From a virus, in the IMG/VR virus record IMGVR_UViG_3300037264_003220, positions 1-64,000 of that record: a stretch of DNA of 64,000 bases; one strand, given 5' to 3'. Under the pieces are notes generated by a model that worked only from the letters and a program-made list of their open reading frames with translations, had not been told where the DNA came from and made no database searches. Shown here in pieces: positions 17,169 to 27,497 of this stretch. Position 1 is the stretch's first letter, and each line of letters starts with the position of its first letter. A program made the position numbers and the translations under genes.

Positions 17169-18872
17169 TTAAAATATGCTTAATTTATAACCCAAAACCC
17201 AAGCATCATATTCATAATTTGTTCTATTGGTTGCCGTGCTAAAATATTTTGCACGATAAATACATTCAGGAGCCGATTCATTAAATATTGGAATCCATTT
17301 TGTTCCACTGGTTCGGATGACATCTGCATTTTGATATATCGAACTATTTGCCATTAAAGTCGGCGCTCCGCTACCAGGGCTGACGCCTCCAAATTCTCCT
17401 CCAGCATATAAGATAACAGTTCTAGTGCCTGCTACAGAATAAGTAGCTGTCAAAGTGGCAAAAATATATGCCTGCCAAGCAATCAAAGGAGGGATTCTCG
17501 AAGAAATATCAACATCAATGCTGGTGTTGTCGTGAGTTGTATCAGTCAACACTAATTGGTCGAGAGAGTAATACACGGTGTCATCAACCTGAAGTGTTTC
17601 AATAATATTTCCTGAACCATCTGTGCGCACCGCTCCAAGAAGGAGTTTATAAATATATCCAGTGGGCAAAGTGGGCGCTGTTTGACTTAACGAATAAAGC
17701 GCCCCTGTATTAGTCCCATTGGAAATCAGCCATACGTAATACCATGTATTGATAGCGACTGAGCCTACATCAAGTCCATTGACCACTCCAATATTGGTTA
17801 TGTTTGTTGTCACGATACTACCAGGAGCATTGGACACGAATACATTTCCAAGAGTATCGAACATCGCAGCCCACCACCACAACACGTGATTGCCAACCGC
17901 GCTTATATTTGAAATTCGTAATTTTTGAACGTAAGGAGCGTGAGCGTAGACGCCAGGGATAGGAGCAAGAGAACTTTTGGTAAAAATAAAACTGACTTTT
18001 TGACCAGCTATTAACGCATTATTAAAAGTGACAATTAAAGAACTGGTTTCTTGATAATCGACAGTCGCTCCTTTGGTCTGAACCTGACCATCAACGGTCA
18101 CTGTCAATGTGTTGTTCCCAGCAACATACGAATTCGCAAGATTAAACACTGTCGTCGAGCCTGTGTAATTATTTAAAGCAGTTCCGACAACGTAATCTTC
18201 TCTATATGTGACCGCTGCTGGAAGTGGGTCGCTCCCAGTAGGGCTATGAGTCGCGGCATGAGCAAAATTAGGTTGAACACCTTGGGCAATAAATATGACG
18301 TTTTCGCCAAGAGTACGACCCGTAAAAAATGTTACCGTGGTGCTGTTCGTTTCAACGTAATCAACACCAATAAGCAATCGCAATCCGCCGGAATAAACCT
18401 GAAGGGCGCCGGAACCGACAAGATATGAAAAATTCAAATTGAACACGGTTTGGCTTGCCGTGGCGACAAATGATTGGGATGACTGTGTTGGGAAAACGAT
18501 ATTGGTCGTAATCGGGTAGAAAGCCAAAAGTGACGAGCCAGTAAGCGGAGCTGGAGTCATGGTGAAGCCAGGAAGACTGGGTTGCTCAAAAAAGTCGACT
18601 CCATTTTGCATGACCAAGCCATCGCGAGACACAATGAGCTGTCCTGCCGCAAATACGTCTGGCAAGGTATAAGTTAAATTGGAGCCATTAATGGAACCAG
18701 TCGGGACAACATTGACTTTTTGGAGAGTTCCGGCGCCAGCGGCAGTCCACGTCACGCCATCGTAAGCATAAAGAGTTTTGATGTCAGTCTTATAAAATAA
18801 ACGACCAGGGGCTAAATCTATTTGAGGGAAGTTTAATCCAGAAATATCAAGTTCTTGAGATTTTATGCTCAT
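17169..18872 (-). CDS. Tail fibre-associated protein with repeated beta-sandwich modules
   Basis: Three F.L..Y..G..L.V..DG....G.DY.E modules and a C-terminal WYY.W...PTLPTGY..K.LLG domain. Confidence 0.75.
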   Translation of the reverse strand: MSIKSQELDISGLNFPQIDLAPGRLFYKTDIKTLYAYDGVTWTAAGAGTLQKVNVVPTGSINGSNLTYTLPDVFAAGQLIVSRDGLVMQNGVDFFEQPSLPGFTMTPAPLTGSSLLAFYPITTNIVFPTQSSQSFVATASQTVFNLNFSYLVGSGALQVYSGGLRLLIGVDYVETNSTTVTFFTGRTLGENVIFIAQGVQPNFAHAATHSPTGSDPLPAAVTYREDYVVGTALNNYTGSTTVFNLANSYVAGNNTLTVTVDGQVQTKGATVDYQETSSLIVTFNNALIAGQKVSFIFTKSSLAPIPGVYAHAPYVQKLRISNISAVGNHVLWWWAAMFDTLGNVFVSNAPGSIVTTNITNIGVVNGLDVGSVAINTWYYVWLISNGTNTGALYSLSQTAPTLPTGYIYKLLLGAVRTDGSGNIIETLQVDDTVYYSLDQLVLTDTTHDNTSIDVDISSRIPPLIAWQAYIFATLTATYSVAGTRTVILYAGGEFGGVSPGSGAPTLMANSSIYQNADVIRTSGTKWIPIFNESAPECIYRAKYFSTATNRTNYEYDAWVLGYKLSIF

Positions 18873-18909
18873 TTTATTTCCTCAATAAGGATATTCAAAA
18901 AATTCATCA

Positions 18910-20388
18910 TTATGCGACCTCCGCTTGCCAGGTTGCGTTGTTGGCAGTTCCAATCATTATAGCGCCTGCCGTTCCATTGGAAACTACGTTGATAGAGAAT
19001 CCTCTTTTCGATAAGCCATTCCCAGTAATTGAAGAATATGGGCCACTTGTGCTTCCAGCAGTCACAGTCATAGTTGGAATAGCGAATTTTTCAACAGCAA
19101 AATTAATTGGGAGTCTCCAATCTGTTGCAGTTGTAACAGTGAAAGACGCAATAAAGCTTGGATTGGTTTCATAATATCTTTGGCATCTTGCCATGTCGAT
19201 TTGCGGGTCTGCTGGAACAAAAGTAATTGGTGTCGTCCCGACAATCGCCATTGCATTATCAACATAAAAAGTTCCAACACTGACTCCATCGTTTATGAGT
19301 CCAAAATAAAAGTTCATAGCAGTCGGAATGCTTGGCATTATCATGGTTGCCGTTAAAGTTTCCCAATTTCCAGAGCCAGAATGTGGCTGAGACTTCTTTA
19401 CGTTAGTGCCGTCATATATTTGTACAGTGAAAATATTTGCTACTGAACATTTGACGCGTACAGAGAGGCTCACGTTCAGACCGCTATAATTCAAATAATT
19501 TTCAATAGCCTGTGAAAAATAAATACCAGTAGCGCCACCGACCACTGTTACGTCTAATTTCCAAGACGCTCCTGCGCCGTCAACAATTGACGTTTCTTTA
19601 GATATCGTAAATGTGGGAGTTCCATCTTTGCCCATTTTCCAGCGGTCGGCTGAATATGTAGACGTAGCAGGAGAACTAAAAGAAGTTCCTCTTTGCCAAA
19701 TATCAAATGAACCATTAGCAAGAATATTGGGAACGTTATCTTGCAAATCAGATACGGCTCCGATTTTGACTTTTTCAATTTCAGTATGGCCCGCGACATA
19801 ATTCATCGCGGCGCTGCCTATGACCAGCATAACTGAATCAATGTACCCCGTTGAAATGGCAACGTTCGCTGCTTGAATCATGCCTATGCTAAAATATATT
19901 ACCGTAACTGTAGCACTGATGGCTCTTGTCACTGTAAGGGTCTCATAATTTCCAGACCCTGAATGATAGGACGAAAAAGTAGCGCCCAAGCTGTCACCAA
20001 TATTGATTCTCCATTTATTGGCTGTCGACGTTTTAATTCTGGCGCTTAACGTTAAAGTCTGGCCGCGAACGGATTGAGCGAACAATACAGATGGGACTTG
20101 TTCAATATAAACGCCGTCGTTGATGCCGCTACCCGCATTGGTGCAATTTATTTTTACCGCATAAACGCCGCTATCTATTAAAGTTGTTTCAGCAGAAACG
20201 TCTGCGGTTGGCTGAGTCCCTGCCGCACTTTTGACATACGTCCACGCATCAGCAATCCGAGTTGATGGAACAGGGTTTGTAAAAGTTAATCCACGGCTCC
20301 AATTATCAAATCCGCCATTGGCGATAAGATTCTGATAAGGAGTATTCGTCGGGTCTAATGCTCTTGCTGGAACAAATGTTTCACTCAT
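18910..20388 (-). CDS. Tail protein with tandem CBM-like domains
   Basis: Two N[LI][IL]ANG.FD.W.RG domains plus RCQRYY C-terminal domain. Confidence 0.8.
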   Translation of the reverse strand: MSETFVPARALDPTNTPYQNLIANGGFDNWSRGLTFTNPVPSTRIADAWTYVKSAAGTQPTADVSAETTLIDSGVYAVKINCTNAGSGINDGVYIEQVPSVLFAQSVRGQTLTLSARIKTSTANKWRINIGDSLGATFSSYHSGSGNYETLTVTRAISATVTVIYFSIGMIQAANVAISTGYIDSVMLVIGSAAMNYVAGHTEIEKVKIGAVSDLQDNVPNILANGSFDIWQRGTSFSSPATSTYSADRWKMGKDGTPTFTISKETSIVDGAGASWKLDVTVVGGATGIYFSQAIENYLNYSGLNVSLSVRVKCSVANIFTVQIYDGTNVKKSQPHSGSGNWETLTATMIMPSIPTAMNFYFGLINDGVSVGTFYVDNAMAIVGTTPITFVPADPQIDMARCQRYYETNPSFIASFTVTTATDWRLPINFAVEKFAIPTMTVTAGSTSGPYSSITGNGLSKRGFSINVVSNGTAGAIMIGTANNATWQAEVA

Positions 20389-20397
20389 AAATTAACC

Positions 20398-22101
20398 TCA
20401 TGAAGCCGTTGCCGTCCAATTAAATGCCATTCTAACAGGTCTCTGTCCACCTATGGTCTTTGAAGCTCTCAAAGAAAATCCGCGTAACAAATGGTCAGTG
20501 ATGCCAAGAACAAAAGTGTAACTTGATACCGCATTCGTCAGTCCCAGCCCATCCTCGTAAATCTGCACATTGCTCAATGCGAGCACGGGGTTGGATAGCT
20601 TTATCGTATTAAAATCAATGTCGTCATCAATATAATAAGTTGTGTCGTCTGATGCTCCATATTTCGAAAAATCATTATAGCCAAGTTCAAAATATCTTTG
20701 GCAGCGCTGCCATTCTTCGGCAGGGCTGAGAGGAGCGAACGCCAATGCAGACGTGCTTTGAGAAAACATGGCATTGTCGATATAGCAAGTTTGGCTGGCA
20801 CTTATCTCAATTGAAACAGACAAAGATGAAATGCTGGCTCCGATGGTTCTCAGGGCAGTTAAAGTTTCATATGAGCCTGTGCCGACATTGACAGATGAAG
20901 AAGTCGAGCCATTGCTGTCGGTTATTTTGACGATAATTGTTCCTACGGTTCCTGGTCTCACACGAACCGTCAATGAGACATCTTGACCTTGAAGTTCTTT
21001 AAAATTTTCAATGCTTTGGGATATCGACACCACGCCAGACGATATCGTAGAAATGACTTTCATAGCATACGCACTTCTATCCACGGCAGTGCCTTCCTGA
21101 GAAACCGTGGCAGCGTTCGAGCCGAGAGCCAAGCTCCAACGGTCGGCAGTGACGCCATTGGATGTAAAACCGTTGGCGCCCCGCTGCCAAATACTAAATC
21201 CGCCATTCCCAAGAATATTTATAGTCGCACTGCCAGACCCTACAGTGATATTTGAAATGCGAATTTTGTTCCCTGCGGTCAATGTTTCAAGCAGGATATT
21301 CGTCCCGCCTTCGAAATTCACGTTATCAGTTAAGGTGATGCCGCCGACCTGAGCAATGGTCGTAACAACATTCCCAGCCGCTATTTTATCCGAAGTGACC
21401 GCATTGATAGCCAATTTTGAATTGATAACGGCAGAGTCGGAAATGTTTGTAGAAGTGACGGCATTGGTGGATAATTTCGGATTCGTTACCGCTGAATCGG
21501 TGATATTGGTCGTCGCTACAGCATTGACAGCAAGCTTGGAATTGATGACAGCAGAATCTGAAATATTCGTAGAAGTGACCGCATTGACCGCTATTTTTGG
21601 ATTCGTTACAGCAGAGTCGGTAATGTTTGATGTCGCCACTGAGTTGACAGCAAGCTTGGAATTGATGACAGCAGAATCTGAAATATTTGCCGACGTAATG
21701 GCATTGACCGCTATTTTTGGATTCGTTATGGCAGAGTCAGTGACATTGGTCGTCGCTACCGAATTAACAGCAAGCTTGGAATTGATAACGGCAGAATCTG
21801 AAATATTCGTAGAAGTGACAGCGTTGATGGCGAGCTTGGGATTTGTGACAGCAGAGTTTGAAAGCTCTAAAGTGTCAACAGCTCCAGGGGCAATGTCTTG
21901 AGCGATAACAGTGCCATCTGCGATTTTATCTGATGTGACGGAATTGGGTGCGAGCTTGTCATTGGTGATGGCTTGGTCTCTCACCTTTTGAGTGATGATG
22001 GCGCCATCTTCAATTTGAGTCAGACCAACCACCCCGTTAGCGATAACGGGCTGGGTGACTGATTGAGCGCCTAATTCCTGATTTTGGACAAATGTTCGCA
22101 T
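20398..22101 (-). CDS. Tail fibre with 10/20-aa AVT..K[IL]A repeats and CBM-like domain
   Basis: DSAVTNPKIAVNAVTSTNIS repeats; NILGNGGFSIWQRG; RCQRYF. Confidence 0.85.
   Translation of the reverse strand: MRTFVQNQELGAQSVTQPVIANGVVGLTQIEDGAIITQKVRDQAITNDKLAPNSVTSDKIADGTVIAQDIAPGAVDTLELSNSAVTNPKLAINAVTSTNISDSAVINSKLAVNSVATTNVTDSAITNPKIAVNAITSANISDSAVINSKLAVNSVATSNITDSAVTNPKIAVNAVTSTNISDSAVINSKLAVNAVATTNITDSAVTNPKLSTNAVTSTNISDSAVINSKLAINAVTSDKIAAGNVVTTIAQVGGITLTDNVNFEGGTNILLETLTAGNKIRISNITVGSGSATINILGNGGFSIWQRGANGFTSNGVTADRWSLALGSNAATVSQEGTAVDRSAYAMKVISTISSGVVSISQSIENFKELQGQDVSLTVRVRPGTVGTIIVKITDSNGSTSSSVNVGTGSYETLTALRTIGASISSLSVSIEISASQTCYIDNAMFSQSTSALAFAPLSPAEEWQRCQRYFELGYNDFSKYGASDDTTYYIDDDIDFNTIKLSNPVLALSNVQIYEDGLGLTNAVSSYTFVLGITDHLLRGFSLRASKTIGGQRPVRMAFNWTATAS
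21400..21900 (-). repeat. Coding tandem repeat, 60/120-bp period
   Basis: attgat.ac.gcaga.tc.gaaat..t recurs at 21421, 21541, 21661 and 21781. Confidence 0.9.
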
Positions 22102-22114
22102 TGATTACTCCATT

Positions 22115-25100
22115 TTACAGCGAATATATTCCACTTGCTATAATTTTACTCGTATTCGCTGGCACAAAAGTGAAAGCGACATTCAATTGATTGGTCAAAT
22201 ACGTCACTGCGTAATCGTCCGTTACGAATCTTAACACGCCGTTTACGAACACCATCTCATGCCCAGATGTTGGAGTCCCTGGAAGATTGAATACAAAAAT
22301 ATTCGTCAACCCGTCAGGAGAATTAACAGGAAGAACATTGGTAAAGTGTTGATGTTGAGCTGCGAATACTTCGCTCGCCAATTGCGTCAAACCAACGGCG
22401 CCTGCTGCAATCTTCGGTTGAGTCACTGCCAAATCACGAATTAAGGCAGTTGTAATGGATTGAAGCTCGATTTCTGTCAATCCGACGGCGCCAGCCGATA
22501 TTTTGGATTGAGTAATGGCAGAATCCGAAATATTGGTCGAAGTCACTGCGTTGACAGCTAATTTTGAATTGGTAACGGCTGAGTCCGTGATATTGACCGT
22601 GGCAACCGCATTGACGGCAAGCTTTGAGTTCGTCACGGCGAGATTGGACAATTCTAACGTGTCTATGGCTCCTGGAGCGATATCGGCGGCAATGACAGTC
22701 CCGTCGGCAATCTTGTCAGACGTGACCGAATTAGGAGCTAATTTGGCATTGGTGACAGCCAAATCACGAATCAGGCTGGAGATAATGGATTGCAGCTCAA
22801 TCTGCGTCAACCCAACAGCTCCATTGGCAATCCCTGCGCCATTGACCAAGTTCCATGCCAGATTCCCATTCCCGTCATTCTGGGGGAACGTGTTCGACAA
22901 GCCTTGGGCGCCAGGAAGCGCGATAGGATAGGAAGTGACGGCTGCTGGCGCATGAACGGAAATGGCATTTGTCCCTGCTCCAGTTTGTTGAAGTTGCAGG
23001 CTGCCTTTCAGATTTATATCTTGAATAGGAAGACTTGGAGAGCCGACGCTGCGCGTGTTCCCAGTATCAGGAGTCAGGTCTTGATTAAACGCCACATTGG
23101 TCAGATTATTGAGAGCGGTTGATGCTTTTGCATCCAATTGAGTCTGGACATTCCCTGTCAAAGTCGATAGGTAGGATGCTTGCGTGGCAGTCAGGTGATA
23201 ATATTCATTACCAGTCCCGCCTTGCAATCCAGCCAAATCATTGTGACGAGTGACGAGCGGAGTGTGAATGTGGGAATAATGAGTCGTTCCGTCATGAACA
23301 AGATTAATGGTGATGTTGCCAACATTCGTCGTCCGACCATAAAACCGAACCGATAACTCATCTGTCGCGCCAAACCCAGTATAGGCAGGCTGAGCCGTGA
23401 GAACATTTTCAAGAGTCACAGTTGTATCGTTGATTTCTCCAGATTCAACTTGAAATAGATTTCGATGCACGGCATACGCGACGCTGGATTCATTGACATA
23501 CCCGCTTGGCGTTGCGATGGTAACAATCGAAGATGACGTGAATCCTGTAACTTGAAAGGTTTGAGTTGGAGTTTCAATATAGCCGGATAGAGTCATATCC
23601 GCATTGGCATCACCAGCGAGGAATGGAGTGCCGCCAGTAATGGTCGCCAAGCGACTTGTCCCAGACCCTGTGATAGTTACGGTGCCTGCTCCTAAAAAGC
23701 GACGCAAGACTTGCGAGACAATGGTCGAAGTTCCAGATACGACATCGACATACCGATACAAATCAAATTCCCAAATACCGCCATCAAGCTGAGTTCGTCC
23801 TAACGGAGCAGATAAATATCCGCTAATAATGTCCGTGGAATTATTGACGACGACACTATCAGAATGCTCAAGAGCTGTGTCTGGAGCAAATGACAATGTG
23901 AAATTACCATCTGACGACGGCAGGTCATTTAAGAAATAAATAACGCCCGCGCCCGCTGACGTATTGACAGGAGTTCCATTTACCCACTCTATTCCATTAT
24001 ATTGGATGACATCATTCACCGCAGGAGACGCAATAATGACATCGCTCAATTGAGACAGATTCAAAGACATGACTTCAATGCGGATGGCGTTAGAGATGCC
24101 ATCAGAGGTTACGGAGATAGATGGGCTGCCAGCCAATTGAACATTGTCGGTTAAAGTCAGCTGACCATAGGCGGCGATGGTTTTAACAACTTGTCCAGCC
24201 GCTATTTTGTCGCTTGTGACGGCGTTGACCGCTAATTTAGGGTTCGTCACTGCGGAATTGGAAAGTTCCAAAGTATCAACAGCGCTCGGCGCCAGGTCTA
24301 CGGCGATAACAGTTCCATCGGCAATTTTATCGGACGTAACAGAGTTCGGAGCCAGCTTCACATTTGTGACAGCGAAATCACGAATGAGGTTGGTGATAAT
24401 GGCTTGAAGTTCGATTTGCGTAAGCCCGACCGCCCCATCAGAAATTTTCGATTGAATAATTGAGCTGTCACTTATGTTGGTTGACGTTACCGCGTTGACG
24501 GCAAGTTTAGGATTCGTGACGGCAGAGTCAGTAATATTCGCAGTCGCCACGGCATTGGCAGCTAATTTGGGATTGGTGACGGCAGAATTGGACAACTCCA
24601 AAGTGTCGACCGCGCTGGGAGCCAAATCAACAGCAATCACGGTTCCATCAGCAATTTTGTCGGAGGTCACAGAGTTGGGAGCCAACTTCGCATTGGTAAC
24701 GGCGAAATCACGAATCAAATTTGTCACTATGGCTTCAAGTTCTATTTGCGTTACTCCAACAGCCTGAGATGCGATTTTTGGTTGAGTCACGGCTTGGTCG
24801 CGCAATAAACCTGTCAAAATGGCTTGGCTTTCAATTTGCGTCAAACCTACCGCAGCGTTAGCAATCTTCCCTTGCGTCACAGACGTGTCTTGAAGTTTTC
24901 CAGTTGAAACAGACACATCCTGAAGTTGACCTGTCGAAATAGATAGCGCGGCGATTTTCGTATTGGTGACAGAATTATCAGCCAAGAGCGCGTTCGTTAT
25001 AGCTTGATTTTCAATCTGGCTCGTACCAACGGCGCCAGATGAAATATGAAGTTGCGTAATGGCATTGATTTGAATGGCAATCCCAGGAACCGAACGCGGG

Positions 25101-25969
25101 GCGAGAACAGGAGTAATAGTGGTCAAGCCTTGAACGATTTCTTGTATTTGGGTTTCCAAAGGAACTGTTAAATGAGCGTTACCAAGATTGGTCAAGACGG
25201 GAGACGTGTAAATGTCTTTGGCGAGCTGGTTAATATTGAGAACTTCTGTAAGGTCGACAGTCCCATTGAAAAATTTGTCACTGGCAGCAAAAGACTCATC
25301 AACAGTATTCATGTTGTAACGCTGGAGATATTGCCAATCAATGACGGTTAATCCTTGCGGGATAGGAGTGACGACTTCAGGTAAATTTGGAGCCTGAGTA
25401 TAAAATGTCAAGAACCATTGCGTAATTCCTGGGTATTCATAAGTGATGCGAGCGTAAATTTCTAAAGAATTAGTGAGCGCGGGTTCGCCAGTATAAGCGT
25501 CTCGTATATAAGCTTGGTTCTTAGGAGAGTCAGCAATAATGCCTTCTCCGACACCTGCCGATGTAGCAGGAGTCGTGGTCAAACCAATAATGCTGGTTAC
25601 TTCCGTATTGGTCATCCCTTGGGAAAGCGCCAATCCATTTGCCTGAACATAGCTGGTTATTTTTTTATATTGAAGGACGGCTTGCTTGGCAGTGGTGTCG
25701 AGTTTGATTCCAATAACAGCGCCATCAATAATATTGGACGAACTAATGGCGTTATCAGCCATTTTTGCGTTGGTAATGGCATTATGTTCAATCTGAGTAA
25801 TACCGACAGCTTCATTGGCTATTTTGAGTTGTGACACGGAAAGGCTGCCAAGCTTGGAATTTGTGACCGCAGAATCGGTCAAGGCGTTCGTGGTGACGGA
25901 ATTAACCGCCATCTTGGTCGCTATTATCGCATCATCTTTTATGTCATCAGATTGAATAAATGTACGCAT
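22115..25969 (-). CDS. Long tail fibre with AVT..K[IL]A repeat blocks
   Basis: 1284 aa; repeat blocks, LSQLSDV...W.N motif, HNDLAGLQGG...EYYHLT motif, GNVQTQLDAK. Confidence 0.85.
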   Translation of the reverse strand: MRTFIQSDDIKDDAIIATKMAVNSVTTNALTDSAVTNSKLGSLSVSQLKIANEAVGITQIEHNAITNAKMADNAISSSNIIDGAVIGIKLDTTAKQAVLQYKKITSYVQANGLALSQGMTNTEVTSIIGLTTTPATSAGVGEGIIADSPKNQAYIRDAYTGEPALTNSLEIYARITYEYPGITQWFLTFYTQAPNLPEVVTPIPQGLTVIDWQYLQRYNMNTVDESFAASDKFFNGTVDLTEVLNINQLAKDIYTSPVLTNLGNAHLTVPLETQIQEIVQGLTTITPVLAPRSVPGIAIQINAITQLHISSGAVGTSQIENQAITNALLADNSVTNTKIAALSISTGQLQDVSVSTGKLQDTSVTQGKIANAAVGLTQIESQAILTGLLRDQAVTQPKIASQAVGVTQIELEAIVTNLIRDFAVTNAKLAPNSVTSDKIADGTVIAVDLAPSAVDTLELSNSAVTNPKLAANAVATANITDSAVTNPKLAVNAVTSTNISDSSIIQSKISDGAVGLTQIELQAIITNLIRDFAVTNVKLAPNSVTSDKIADGTVIAVDLAPSAVDTLELSNSAVTNPKLAVNAVTSDKIAAGQVVKTIAAYGQLTLTDNVQLAGSPSISVTSDGISNAIRIEVMSLNLSQLSDVIIASPAVNDVIQYNGIEWVNGTPVNTSAGAGVIYFLNDLPSSDGNFTLSFAPDTALEHSDSVVVNNSTDIISGYLSAPLGRTQLDGGIWEFDLYRYVDVVSGTSTIVSQVLRRFLGAGTVTITGSGTSRLATITGGTPFLAGDANADMTLSGYIETPTQTFQVTGFTSSSIVTIATPSGYVNESSVAYAVHRNLFQVESGEINDTTVTLENVLTAQPAYTGFGATDELSVRFYGRTTNVGNITINLVHDGTTHYSHIHTPLVTRHNDLAGLQGGTGNEYYHLTATQASYLSTLTGNVQTQLDAKASTALNNLTNVAFNQDLTPDTGNTRSVGSPSLPIQDINLKGSLQLQQTGAGTNAISVHAPAAVTSYPIALPGAQGLSNTFPQNDGNGNLAWNLVNGAGIANGAVGLTQIELQSIISSLIRDLAVTNAKLAPNSVTSDKIADGTVIAADIAPGAIDTLELSNLAVTNSKLAVNAVATVNITDSAVTNSKLAVNAVTSTNISDSAITQSKISAGAVGLTEIELQSITTALIRDLAVTQPKIAAGAVGLTQLASEVFAAQHQHFTNVLPVNSPDGLTNIFVFNLPGTPTSGHEMVFVNGVLRFVTDDYAVTYLTNQLNVAFTFVPANTSKIIASGIYSL

Positions 25970-25978
25970 GGTTTCTCC

Positions 25979-26746
25979 TTAAACTGAATTATAACTTGCT
26001 AAAATTTTCGACCCAATCGCTGGGGCGAATGTAAAACTCAACCCGTTAGCGCCAAACAACGTATAATCTTCGGCAGCGCCAAAATTCCTTAATACTCCAT
26101 CAATGAAAATTTCTTCTGTTCCAGCCGTAAATGAGTCTGGAGTCGTGAATTGATTGTTAAATCCATCCAGCGACCCAGATACGGGTTGGCGATATTTTCT
26201 GTTAATCGACCCGCCATTAACGTCAAATAAAAACTTATTATTCGGCGTGTCCTGAGTAATGACGATATTACTCCCCGACACCAATACTATATCTCCTTGA
26301 AGACCAACAATGGCTCCAGTAACAGCAAGGGTGTTCACGCCGGACGACACGGCTCCCCCAGGCCCACCAAGGAACGAGCGAGTGTCGACAACAGAAATGA
26401 CGTTCGCAGGCCCAGTGAATACTCGCGCCAGTGGAACTGACAACGACGGGAACCCAGATACATTGAAAGTGATGACGCCGACATTGCTGACGAACACAAA
26501 ATTGGTCGTGTTTGGGGATAGCGTCAGCGCTGTCTGACCAAGGAACGGATAAATAGAACCACCAATTTGAACCTGACCAGGAGCAACGTTGACCTTTAAT
26601 CCCCCAGCCACCGTCACCTGGAGAGCAATGTTGATGGTCGCTAAGCTATCTGAAATATCAAAGTTGCGGCGAAGTGGAGCATCCCACGCCTGGTCTCCGT
26701 GACTAGGCTTCTCAAATCCGGCGTTAGGCGTAAATGTACTAGCCAT
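25979..26746 (-). CDS. Tail/baseplate fibre-attachment protein
   Basis: T.N.GF.KP..GD..W....NFD..D N-terminus; C-terminal G..DG.N..FT module. Confidence 0.7.
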   Translation of the reverse strand: MASTFTPNAGFEKPSHGDQAWDAPLRRNFDISDSLATINIALQVTVAGGLKVNVAPGQVQIGGSIYPFLGQTALTLSPNTTNFVFVSNVGVITFNVSGFPSLSVPLARVFTGPANVISVVDTRSFLGGPGGAVSSGVNTLAVTGAIVGLQGDIVLVSGSNIVITQDTPNNKFLFDVNGGSINRKYRQPVSGSLDGFNNQFTTPDSFTAGTEEIFIDGVLRNFGAAEDYTLFGANGLSFTFAPAIGSKILASYNSV

Positions 26747-27497
26747 TTTTAATTCTCCTTAAAACAGTATCAATGTTATTGACATCATGCTCCCAGATGA
26801 CAGCACATTTATATCCATGCTTAAGATAATAATCTTTACGTTCAAATTCATCACAATATTTTTGCGTTCTATTAGGAAAGTGCTCTGGACATCCATGCCA
26901 ATAACAGCCAAAAATTTCAACAATAATCTTTCTTTGTTTATGAATGAAATCTGGATTTTTAGAACCTATCCAATGTTTGCCATTGCCAACATATGAAAAT
27001 GGTAATTTTTCTTTTAAAGCAATTTTTTTAAACATTAATTCTGGTTGAGTCGGGCGAACATTACGATTAAAATTTGATGCGTTTTTAACACGAGCCGATG
27101 TGTTTGTCTTATATTTTTTAAGCAATTTTTCACTCACTCTTTGTTTGGCTTCAGGCGTCCATCGAACAATAATTCTTTTCTTTTTTGATGGCGTTCTGCC
27201 AAAAAGCAATCCAAGTCTTTCTATTCTATGACTCACGCTAAATTCACTGCGTTCAAGTTTAATTGCGATTTCTTTAGCAAAAAGTTTTTTAGCGTTTTTC
27301 CTTAAAAAATCATCTTCATATTCTGTCCAAAGACGATGACGATGTTCTTTCTTGACAATCGTCCCATTCTGTTTAAGAAGTCTAATAATTTTTTGCATAG
27401 TGTCTTTGCACATCCCAGGAGCCGATTCGCGCGTACTTTGATTTGAACGATAATAGTTCAAGACTTTTTCTTGTATTTCTGGTTTTTGAAAAATCAT
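26739..27497 (-). CDS. Vsr/DUF559-like (EDxHD-type) homing endonuclease with Myb-like HTH
   Basis: WTEYEDDFLR; PT.PE, PDF, VEIFGCYWH, IWEHD; lower GC than flanks. Confidence 0.8.
   Translation of the reverse strand: MIFQKPEIQEKVLNYYRSNQSTRESAPGMCKDTMQKIIRLLKQNGTIVKKEHRHRLWTEYEDDFLRKNAKKLFAKEIAIKLERSEFSVSHRIERLGLLFGRTPSKKKRIIVRWTPEAKQRVSEKLLKKYKTNTSARVKNASNFNRNVRPTQPELMFKKIALKEKLPFSYVGNGKHWIGSKNPDFIHKQRKIIVEIFGCYWHGCPEHFPNRTQKYCDEFERKDYYLKHGYKCAVIWEHDVNNIDTVLRRIKNG

Noticed and set aside
21400-21900. CRISPR-like array
   Set aside because: Repeats are in-frame coding repeats with synonymous variation and no unique spacers; no cas genes
21356-24767. Long + strand ORFs opposite fibre genes (e.g. 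21356-21901, 22515-22931, 24474-24767)
   Set aside because: Antisense shadows of repetitive coding sequence, without convincing RBS
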